Below are positions 32,281 through 40,535 of a stretch of DNA of 64,000 nucleotides, piece after piece. Source of the DNA: an uncultured Gemmatimonadaceae bacterium (GTDB taxonomy: Bacteria; Gemmatimonadota; Gemmatimonadetes; Gemmatimonadales; Gemmatimonadaceae); contig CAVUDW010000003.1 of the NCBI GenBank assembly GCA_963740355.1, positions 1,312,001 through 1,376,000 of the forward strand. Direction: 5' to 3'. How positions within the stretch are numbered: the first letter of the stretch is position 1; each line of letters starts with the position of its first letter. The notes below the pieces were generated by a model. The model had not been told where the DNA came from. It saw only the letters and a list, made by a program, of their open reading frames with translations, and did no database searches. A program made the position numbers and the translations under genes.

Positions 32281-33020
32281 CGACCACGGGCCCGCTCGTC
32301 CTCCTGATCGAGGATGAGCCGCAGATGCGTCGTTTCCTGCGTTCGGCGCTTCCGGCTCATGAATACCGTCTGGTGGAAGCGGCCACGATGCAGGAAGGGC
32401 TGATGCATGCGGCTGGCCGCAATCCCGACCTGATCCTGCTCGACCTCGGCCTCCCCGATGGTGATGGACTCGACGCCACGCGCCAGATCCGGGAGTGGAG
32501 TGCCACACCAATCATCGTGCTCTCGGCGCGCGGACTGGAGAACGACAAGATCGCGGCGCTGGATGCCGGTGCGGACGACTACCTCACGAAGCCGTTCAGC
32601 GTCGGTGAACTGTTGGCACGGATGCGGGTCGCGCTGCGGCATGCGGCACGAGCCCAGCAACCGCAGCAGTCGGTCTTCCGGGCCGGCACGCTGTCGGTGG
32701 ACCTGGTGAAGCGACTGGTGGTGGTCGCTGGCGAGGAAACGCACCTCAGCCCCACGGAGTACAAGCTGCTGGCGACGTTGATCAAGCATGCCGGCATGGT
32801 CTGTACCCAGCGGCAACTGGTGCGGGAGGTCTGGGGCAATCATGTCGTGGACGACACCCAGAACCTGCGCGTGGTGGTGGCGCAGCTGCGTCGGAAGATC
32901 GAGGCCGACACGGCGCGACCGAAGCTGCTGCAGACGGAACCTGGCGTCGGCTACCGGCTGCGGGACGACGTCGATGTCGAGGCACCTGACGCGCACGCCG
33001 CATTTAGCTTTCAGTCATGA
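32277..33020 (+). CDS. kdpE: Response regulator KdpE
   Basis: LLDLGLPDGDG, GADDYLTKPF, TEPGVGYR. Coupled to kdpD. Confidence 0.94.
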   Translation: MTTTGPLVLLIEDEPQMRRFLRSALPAHEYRLVEAATMQEGLMHAAGRNPDLILLDLGLPDGDGLDATRQIREWSATPIIVLSARGLENDKIAALDAGADDYLTKPFSVGELLARMRVALRHAARAQQPQQSVFRAGTLSVDLVKRLVVVAGEETHLSPTEYKLLATLIKHAGMVCTQRQLVREVWGNHVVDDTQNLRVVVAQLRRKIEADTARPKLLQTEPGVGYRLRDDVDVEAPDAHAAFSFQS

Positions 33021-33853
33021 CCCTGCCCTATCCGAAGATCTCCCCGGACCTGATCCACATCGGCCCCCTGCGCGTGCGCTGGTACGGCCTGATGTACGTC
33101 CTTGGCTATATCGTGGGCGGCCGGCTGGCGAAGAAGCGCATCGCCGACGGCACATTGCCGCTGACGCAGGAAGGCCTCGACACCTACCTGACGGCTCTCT
33201 TCGTGGGCATGCTGATCGGCGCTCGCACGATCTATGTGCTGGTCTACGATCGCTCGCTGCTGACTGGGCTCGACTGGCTCAAGGTCTGGAATGGTGGTCT
33301 GTCGTTCCACGGCGCCGCGCTGGGCATGATCGCCGCCTGCTGGTGGACGGCACGTCACTACAAGGTGCCGCTGATGACGCTCACCGACACGCTCGCACTC
33401 TGCGCCACACCAGGCCTCGCGTTCGGTCGCATAGGCAACTTCATCAACGCCGAGTTGTACGGTCGCGCGACGGATGTGCCGTGGGCGATGGTGTTCCCGA
33501 CCGACCCGCAGCAGATCCCGCGGCACCCGTCGCAGCTCTACGAGTGCTTCGGCGAAGGCATCATCCTCGGCAGCTTCCTCTGGTGGCTCGAAGCCCGCGC
33601 CCGTCGTCAGGGCTGGTGGCGCCCCGGTGTCGGCGGCACGGCGTTCCTGATCGGCTACGGCATCATCCGCAGCCTGGTCGAGTTCACGCGCCAGCCCGAC
33701 GCCCAGGTCGGCTTCCTGCCCGGCGGCATCACGATGGGACAACTCCTGTCATCCATCATGATCGTCTCCGGCATCGTGATCGCCCTCTGGGTCTACCGCC
33801 AACCGCCCCAAACCCCGAAGCCAGTTCTCACAGTCAAGCCGGCGACTGCGTAA
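33017..33853 (+). CDS. lgt: Prolipoprotein diacylglyceryl transferase
   Basis: RWYGLMY, GGLSFHG, GRIGNFINAELYGR, RHPSQLYE, EFTRQPD. Confidence 0.96.
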   Translation: MTLPYPKISPDLIHIGPLRVRWYGLMYVLGYIVGGRLAKKRIADGTLPLTQEGLDTYLTALFVGMLIGARTIYVLVYDRSLLTGLDWLKVWNGGLSFHGAALGMIAACWWTARHYKVPLMTLTDTLALCATPGLAFGRIGNFINAELYGRATDVPWAMVFPTDPQQIPRHPSQLYECFGEGIILGSFLWWLEARARRQGWWRPGVGGTAFLIGYGIIRSLVEFTRQPDAQVGFLPGGITMGQLLSSIMIVSGIVIALWVYRQPPQTPKPVLTVKPATA

Positions 33854-33878
33854 GGGCAACGGCTCAAGGGCAACAGCA

Positions 33879-34180
33879 TTAACGCAGAACGGAACAGCCG
33901 CGGAACAGAACAGCCGCAGAACTGCAACTGCCACTGCAAAACGCAGAGACGCAGAGACGCAGAGGGGTCCTGCGCGAGCGGCAGCCGTCGGTGATGCATG
34001 CAATGAAAAAATGCTTTGGGAACAGCGCCTCGCGAGCGCAGTTCCCAAAGCATTTTTTCAGGCCGTATCGCAAGCGAAGATCGACTTGCTCAGCGAACCC
34101 CTCTGCGTCTCCGCGCCTCTGCGATTCGCTGTTGCTCTTCTGCGGCCGTTCAGTTCTGCGGCTGTGCAGTTCTGCGTTAA
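33879..34180. repeat. Nested palindromic CGCAGAG element (family A, intact copy)
   Basis: Terminal IR TTAACGCAGAAC/GTTCTGCGTTAA, (ACGCAGAG)x3 versus CTCTGCG arm, central hairpin TGAAAAAATGCTTTGGGAAC..GTTCCCAAAGCATTTTTTCA (34004-34060). Confidence 0.9.
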
Positions 34181-34192
34181 GCAGTTAGCAGT

Positions 34193-36016
34193 TCAGTCAC
34201 GATCGCGGCGCACGATCACTCGCTTGCCCTTGATCGTGGTGTTACGGAGCGCGTCGATGATGTCGTCGGCGATTTCGTCGGGGACTTCGACGATCGAGAA
34301 CTTGTCCTGGATCTGGATCGCGCCGACGACGCTGGCGTCGAGTTGGAGTTCGTTGGCGATGGCACCGACGAGGTCACCGGGACGGACGCGTGCGAGGCGG
34401 CCGGCGCCGACGTAGAGGCGGGCGACGTCCCACTGCGGCTTGCGTGCGGCGGGACGGGCTGGACGTTCGCCTTCGCCCGCTGGTGCTGCCGGACGTGCGG
34501 GACGGTCCGGGCGATCGGCGCTGCGTTCCGCGCGCGGACGCTCGGGACGATCAGCACGTTCGAAACGCGTCGAGGTGCGCTCCGGACGATCGCCACGATT
34601 CGGCGGACCAGACCGTTCGCGGTCCACTGGACGTTCACGACGCGGCTCGACGGCTGGAATTTCCTTTTCGTCGGCACTGCCACCGTCACGCAGCTCGAGC
34701 TGCTTCACGGCTGCCGCGGCGACGTCCATCACGTCGAACTCCTCGGCCAGTGATTCCACGATGCTGCGGAACGCATCGAGGTCGCCAGCCAGGATCCCTT
34801 CACGCAAGCCTGCCTTCGTCAATTCGAGACGACGCGTACGCAGGTCGGCCACCGTCGGCACCGTCGCGATGTCGATCTTCGACTTCGTCGCCAGTTCGAT
34901 GTTGCGCAGCATGCGGTGTTCGCGCGGCTCGGCCAGCGAGATCGCGACCCCTTCACGACCGGCGCGGCCCGTACGGCCGATGCGGTGCACGTAGGCTTCC
35001 GTCGATGTCGGCACATCGTAGTTCACGACGTGCGACACATGCTGAATGTCGAGACCGCGGGCGGCGACATCGGTCGCCACCAGCAGGTCCGTCTTTTCGG
35101 CGCGGAACTTCTTCATCACGCGGTCGCGCTGGTCCTGGCTCAGGCCACCATGCAACGCTTCGCAGCGATAGCCGCGGGCGTTCATCGTTTCCGTGAGCTC
35201 ATCCACTTCCGTACGGGTGCGACAGAAGATGATTGCCGACTGCGGCTGCTCGATGTCGAGCACGCGGCCGAGGGCGGCCATCTTGTGGGCGCGCGGAACG
35301 ATGTAGGCCACCTGGCGAACCTTCGCCGTCTGGCCCGGCTCCACCTTCGCCTTGTCGATCTTGACCGTGATCGGATCGCGGAGGTGCTTGCGAGCAATCG
35401 TGGCGATGCGCGGTGCGACCGTGGCCGAGAAGAGTGCCGTCTGGCGCTCCTTCGGCGTGGCTGCGAGAATCGCCTCGAGATCTTCGGCGAAACCCATGTC
35501 GAGCATTTCGTCCGCTTCGTCGAGCACCACGATGCGCACACTGTCGAGCAGCAACGTGCCGCGACGGATGTGATCGAGGGCGCGACCCGGTGTGGCGACG
35601 ACGACATCGACGCCACGACGCAATGCGCGGATCTGGGTGTCCATGGCGGAGCCGCCATAGATCGGCAATGCGATGATGCCCATTGCCTTGCCGTACTTGT
35701 GAACCGCTTCCGCCACCTGCATGGCGAGTTCGCGGGTCGGTGTCAGGATCAGCGCCTTGGTGCGCGAGCGCGCCGGCGCGTTGGTGTCAACGAGGTGCAG
35801 CAGCGGAAGGGCGAAGGCCGCAGTCTTGCCGGTGCCTGTTGCCGCCTGTGCGAGAACGTCACGTCCTTCGAGCAGCGGCGGAATTGCTTCGCGCTGAATC
35901 GGCGTCGGCTCTTCATAGCCGAGACCGGCCAGTGCACCAACCAAACGTGAATCGAGGCCGAGGCCGGCAAAACCGGTGTCGGCGGAAATTTCTGAACTTG
36001 TGGGACGCGGTGTCAT
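34193..36016 (-). CDS. deaD: DEAD-box RNA helicase with DbpA RNA-binding domain (DeaD/CsdA-like)
   Basis: Q motif, ATGTGKT, PTRELA, DEAD, SAT, HRIGRTGRAG, C-terminal RPGDLVGAIANE. Confidence 0.9.
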   Translation of the reverse strand: MTPRPTSSEISADTGFAGLGLDSRLVGALAGLGYEEPTPIQREAIPPLLEGRDVLAQAATGTGKTAAFALPLLHLVDTNAPARSRTKALILTPTRELAMQVAEAVHKYGKAMGIIALPIYGGSAMDTQIRALRRGVDVVVATPGRALDHIRRGTLLLDSVRIVVLDEADEMLDMGFAEDLEAILAATPKERQTALFSATVAPRIATIARKHLRDPITVKIDKAKVEPGQTAKVRQVAYIVPRAHKMAALGRVLDIEQPQSAIIFCRTRTEVDELTETMNARGYRCEALHGGLSQDQRDRVMKKFRAEKTDLLVATDVAARGLDIQHVSHVVNYDVPTSTEAYVHRIGRTGRAGREGVAISLAEPREHRMLRNIELATKSKIDIATVPTVADLRTRRLELTKAGLREGILAGDLDAFRSIVESLAEEFDVMDVAAAAVKQLELRDGGSADEKEIPAVEPRRERPVDRERSGPPNRGDRPERTSTRFERADRPERPRAERSADRPDRPARPAAPAGEGERPARPAARKPQWDVARLYVGAGRLARVRPGDLVGAIANELQLDASVVGAIQIQDKFSIVEVPDEIADDIIDALRNTTIKGKRVIVRRDRD

Positions 36017-36138
36017 AAGCTATGAAGTTAACCCGCTGACCCCGGAAATGCCGATTTGCTCGCAGTTTTGCCCGGATACCACGGCATTCTCGCCTGCAGA
36101 TCAAGCGTTTCCAGCGGCCGGGAGCCGTGCGGCAGCCC

Positions 36139-36636
36139 TCAGACCGTCTGGGCCGCCTGCTGCGCCAGCTCGTGCTGGAGCCGCTTCACCAGCATCCAGA
36201 CCACGCAGACGTTCACCGCCAGCAGCAGGAAGAGCACGGGCGACGGCCGGACGGTGCATTCGTAGATCTCGGGCGGAATCAGGGCCGCGGTGGCGATGAC
36301 CGTCAGCCATTCTGCCCATCGGCGCTGCAGCCAGAGCCCGATGCCTTCCACCAGGAACAGCAGCGCGTAGGCGAACATCGCGCCACCCAGCACCAGCACC
36401 CGATTCGACTGCGGCCCGGAGATCCAGACGAGGAAGCGCTCGGCCCCGCGCTGGACGAATCCCACCGGTTGGTCCTGCACCCACTGCTCGAACGCCGCCG
36501 CCGTTTCCGGGCGCACGAGGCGCATCGTGGCCAAACCGAGCCCGATCAGGAGTGCGGTCTGCACGAACTTGTAGACGGCCACGACGCGCAGGAACGCAGC
36601 GCGATCGACGACGGACGTGTGGTGTGGAACGGTCAT
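36139..36636 (-). CDS. DUF2127-like membrane protein
   Basis: YALLFLVEGIGLWLQRRWAEWLTVIAT..IPPEIYE. Confidence 0.82.
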   Translation of the reverse strand: MTVPHHTSVVDRAAFLRVVAVYKFVQTALLIGLGLATMRLVRPETAAAFEQWVQDQPVGFVQRGAERFLVWISGPQSNRVLVLGGAMFAYALLFLVEGIGLWLQRRWAEWLTVIATAALIPPEIYECTVRPSPVLFLLLAVNVCVVWMLVKRLQHELAQQAAQTV

Positions 36637-36744
36637 TGACCTGAAAGTTGCTTCAGCGCGCAGCCGCAGTCGAGCGTGTGACGCAGTCGGGACGAATATG
36701 GTCGTCGACAGCGCCGGGTTTGACGAAGGCCCCATGTTTGACGA

Positions 36745-37212
36745 ATGCCAATGTACGACGCCACAGATTCGCCGCCGTTCGCCATCCGCCCCTCGCCGAT
36801 GCAGGGGCTAGGGGCCTTTGCGACCCATCGCATTCCCGCCGGCACACGCCTGGTCGAATACGCCGGCCAGCGCCTCTCGCCCGCAGAAGCCGAGGCGCGA
36901 TATCCCGATGTGGCAGGTGAGCGGCATCACACCTTCCTCTTCGCCATCGACGATGCGGTCGTGATCGACGCGGCAGTGGATGGCAACGATGCGCGTTGGA
37001 TCAATCACTCGTGCGCGCCAAATTGTGACGCGGTGATCGAGGACGGACGGATCTGGATCGAGACGCTGCGCGACATCGAGCCGGGCGAGGAGCTGGCCTA
37101 CGACTACGCCTTCACCCTCCCCGAGCGGCATACGCCAGCGGCCAAGCGGCGCTATCCCTGCCACTGCGGTGCCGCGACCTGCCGTGGCACGATGTTGGCA
37201 AGGAAGCGGTGA
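36745..37212 (+). CDS. Bacterial SET-domain methyltransferase
   Basis: GLGAFA, RWINHSCAPN, GEELAYDY, post-SET CHCGAATCRG. Confidence 0.92.
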   Translation: MPMYDATDSPPFAIRPSPMQGLGAFATHRIPAGTRLVEYAGQRLSPAEAEARYPDVAGERHHTFLFAIDDAVVIDAAVDGNDARWINHSCAPNCDAVIEDGRIWIETLRDIEPGEELAYDYAFTLPERHTPAAKRRYPCHCGAATCRGTMLARKR

Positions 37213-37330
37213 CGTCGGACGGGCAGGCGTAGTCTTTGCCTCGTATTGCCGATGTTCGGGCCGGGAGCGAAAGCCGCGGGACTCAGGATTCCCTCCCCGA
37301 CCCTTGGATCTCCACCGCATTCCACGCAGC

Positions 37331-38002
37331 ATGCCGACGTCCAGCGCTTCCAGATCAGCCCGCTCCCTTCGCCTCCCGCTGATTGCGGCAGGCTTGGTCG
37401 CGCTGACCGGCATTGGCGCGGTCGTCGCCCGTAGCCGGATGCCGACCTTTTTGCCGGAGAAGCCCGCCACTCCGGCACTGACCGTCGCCAAGGAAACGGA
37501 TCAGTTCGGCAGCTGCGTCGGTGGCACGCTCAAGGGCTCGGGTGCCCGGATGGAGATCTTTGCCGACGCCGACACCTCGCGGGCACCTGTCCAGTCCGGG
37601 CTGGTGCCGATCGTCGACCTCAAGATGGCGCCGACCAATGTCGTGCTGCCCGGTCAACGAGTGCGATGGACTGGGTGGATCAAGTCGCATGGCCGCGGCA
37701 TCTATCACTTTGCGCTGGCCAAGGGCGTGTCCGGCTCACTCAGCGTGAGCAACACGCCGATCATCGACGCCAGCAAAGGCACGGTCGATGCCGCCGGCGT
37801 ACCGATGGACTCAGCCAAGTTCTATCCGTTCACGCTGGACGTGACGGCTGACGACGCCTCGGCCGACGCGGGGAGCTGGCTGATGACCTGGGCACCGCCA
37901 AAGCATGATGCCGAGCCGCTGACGCGTGGCACGTTGTTCCCGCCGGCACCGAAGATCTCGAAGGCGGCGCTCGACTCGATTGCGGCAGCAACTGCCCGCT
38001 GA
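37331..38002 (+). CDS. Hypothetical membrane-anchored protein (PA14-like segment)
   Basis: One TM helix, VRWTGWIK..GIYHF motif. Confidence 0.6.
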   Translation: MPTSSASRSARSLRLPLIAAGLVALTGIGAVVARSRMPTFLPEKPATPALTVAKETDQFGSCVGGTLKGSGARMEIFADADTSRAPVQSGLVPIVDLKMAPTNVVLPGQRVRWTGWIKSHGRGIYHFALAKGVSGSLSVSNTPIIDASKGTVDAAGVPMDSAKFYPFTLDVTADDASADAGSWLMTWAPPKHDAEPLTRGTLFPPAPKISKAALDSIAAATAR

Positions 38003-38184
38003 AGCCTTGCGGCACTCGGCTCCAGCGCGAAAGCACGGACCGAGCGTTTCATCACCCTGACACCGACCACGAAGTCGAGACGTCTCGCGACTCCGTGATC
38101 AGCTCCGCACCTGCCTCCATCCGCATCCCTTACAGGTCGGACGTCGACGCAGTGCGGCCCAACAAGGTCAGATCTTTCTCGTTT

Positions 38185-38742
38185 CTAGTGGCCTGACGAA
38201 TCAGCACCGCGGCTGGCTTCGAACAAGAACCAGGTGCGGCGTTCCGTCTCGTCGATCCAGTTTTCCAGCAGGCTCGCCGTGGCGATGTCCTTGTGATCGT
38301 CGCACACGTCATGCACTTCGCGCATCGCCGCAGCCAGCGCCTTGTTGTCTTCACGCAGCTCGGCCAGCATGTCGGACGGCTCGACGAACTCGGCATCGTT
38401 GTCCTTCACACGCTGCAAGCGCGACGCGTGGCCGCCTGAGCGCAGTGTAGTGCCACCAATCTTCCGAACACGCTCGGCAATGTCGTCGGTCATCGCGAAC
38501 AACTGCGCGGCCTGCTCGTCCAGCAACAGGTGGTAGTCGCGAAAGTGCGGCCCGCTCATGTGCCAATGGAAATTCTTGGTCTTCATGTAGATCGCGAACA
38601 CGTCAGCCAGAAGGGCGTTCATGCCGCCTGAAATATCCTTCGTTGCCGCGGGCTTGAGATCGGTCGGTGTAGCGAGCGGAGCGTTGCGACGCGATACGAG
38701 CTCCGTCTGCTTCGCGGCACTCATCTTCTTCTTCATGGTCAT
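38185..38742 (-). CDS. dps: DNA starvation/stationary-phase protection protein
   Basis: KTKNFHWHMSGPHFRDYHLLLDEQ, DDIAERVR, ERRTWFL. Confidence 0.95.
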   Translation of the reverse strand: MTMKKKMSAAKQTELVSRRNAPLATPTDLKPAATKDISGGMNALLADVFAIYMKTKNFHWHMSGPHFRDYHLLLDEQAAQLFAMTDDIAERVRKIGGTTLRSGGHASRLQRVKDNDAEFVEPSDMLAELREDNKALAAAMREVHDVCDDHKDIATASLLENWIDETERRTWFLFEASRGADSSGH

Positions 38743-38921
38743 GTCGTTCCCTGTCGGTTCGAAATTCGTGGATGTCAAACTGAACGAGTTACGCACTGCG
38801 CACCCCACACATCTTGTACGACTCCACTGCTTACACCCTGCAATGCAATCGATGAGCCATCTGCGCACATATCAGGACGAAAGTGCAAAGATCTCGCGAG
38901 ATCATCCCCAATCGCAGCGTT

Positions 38922-40430
38922 TCAGCGAATATTCGCGGCCGCGTCAAGCCACCCGCCACTGAAACCTGCTTCACGCAGCCCGCGCACGATGTAGGGATTC
39001 TTGCGCATCGTCTTCCAGATGAGCTCGGACCGATAGTTCTCCAGCATCGCGACGATCGGCCCCTGATCGATGCCGAGGTGATCGCGCGCCGCCCAGCCCA
39101 GCTTCGGGTCGATCGTGCCCATCTGCACTCGCATCGCAGGATTGGTCAGTGATGGATTGAAGCTGTCCTTGAATCCATACTGGCCGAAGAGCTGCGCACC
39201 ATACCGCTCTCGCATCGCCACCATCGCCGGAAACACAATTTCTGGTGCGAACGGCACGGCACCGATGGCAGCGGTGGGTGCGATGGTGCCGTCGTCCCGC
39301 TCGCTTCCGTCCGGATCGCCATCGTTCGATGCGCCGCGCGCCCAGTAGGTGCGAAGCTGCAGGGGCGCGCCCTTGAACGTGATGGTGGAGTCGAGCGCAC
39401 CATCACTCGCTGTCAGCCCCCACACATCCTTGTCGTAGCCGATGAACCCGCGCGGATTGGCAATCGCGTACTCGCGTTGACTGATCGTCGCACGCCGCGA
39501 ATTCTCGAACCAGTCGATGCCTTTGGACCGTCCATAGGCGTCGTTGATGCCGCGGAAGTCGATCCAGACGTGCGAATACTGGTGCCCGAAGAGGGGCGAA
39601 AAATTGGTGTGCTGCTGGCCTCGATACGTCGTCCAGACATTGGTGGCCGACCAGCCCTCCCAGGCATCGCGCTTGAGGGGATGGGTCGGGGAGCCGAGCG
39701 CGAGGATGTAGATGATCATCGCCTCGTTGTAGCCGCGCCAATCAGCGGTGAAATACCCGATCTCGGGATTCCAGCCCATCACCACCTTGGGCGGCCGCGT
39801 GACCGACCACTGCCAGTCGACACGACGATAGAGCGAATCAGCGATGTCACGGATCGAGCGCTCGGTCGCATCACCACCGGTGTAATAGCTCTGTGCGAAC
39901 AACACACCGCCCAGCAACAACGCCGTATCGATCGTGGACAACTCGACCTTGTCATACCGGCGGCCGTCTTCGTAGCGAAGGAAGTGATAGAAGAAGCCCT
40001 TGTAGCCAGCCGTGTTGCGCGCATCCGGGCCCTGCGGCAGCTCCCACAGGTATTTCAGCGTCACAAGCGTGCGTCTCGCCGACTGTTCACGTGTCACCCA
40101 ACCGCGCTCGGCACCAATGGGATATGCCGTCAGTGCAAACCCGATACTGGCCACCGACGAGAAGTCGCGCTGTGGCCAACGGTCATGCGCCAGGCCGGTG
40201 GTGGAGTCGGTCGTTTCCCAGAACCAGCGGAAGGTGCGCTCGGCCACGGTGTCGGCGAGTGCGAGTTCGCGCACACTCGGGCGATATACCTGCGCCTGCG
40301 TGCTGCTCGGCGACGGTGCGGTCGCGGTGCCGGTTGCACCACGACAGGCGGCGATGCCCAGCATCACCACGAGCAGATGTGCCGCGCGCCAGGTCACGCG
40401 TCGAGCGTCAAAAAGGAATGGTCGAGTCAT
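38922..40430 (-). CDS. Glucoamylase-like / GH144-type glycoside hydrolase lipoprotein
   Basis: Lipobox IAAC, GFFYHF, ELSTIDTALL, GYNEAM, PLFGHQYSH, WGLTASD, YGFKDSFN, GIDQGP. Confidence 0.85.
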   Translation of the reverse strand: MTRPFLFDARRVTWRAAHLLVVMLGIAACRGATGTATAPSPSSTQAQVYRPSVRELALADTVAERTFRWFWETTDSTTGLAHDRWPQRDFSSVASIGFALTAYPIGAERGWVTREQSARRTLVTLKYLWELPQGPDARNTAGYKGFFYHFLRYEDGRRYDKVELSTIDTALLLGGVLFAQSYYTGGDATERSIRDIADSLYRRVDWQWSVTRPPKVVMGWNPEIGYFTADWRGYNEAMIIYILALGSPTHPLKRDAWEGWSATNVWTTYRGQQHTNFSPLFGHQYSHVWIDFRGINDAYGRSKGIDWFENSRRATISQREYAIANPRGFIGYDKDVWGLTASDGALDSTITFKGAPLQLRTYWARGASNDGDPDGSERDDGTIAPTAAIGAVPFAPEIVFPAMVAMRERYGAQLFGQYGFKDSFNPSLTNPAMRVQMGTIDPKLGWAARDHLGIDQGPIVAMLENYRSELIWKTMRKNPYIVRGLREAGFSGGWLDAAANIR

Positions 40431-40535
40431 GGGATCATCGTATCAGCCGTGCTGTAGATGTGCATCCGCGGCTGCCGCAGCCACGTCGGGTGACGTGAGT
40501 GCGACAGCCGCGGGATTTACCAGGACTGGCCGAGC

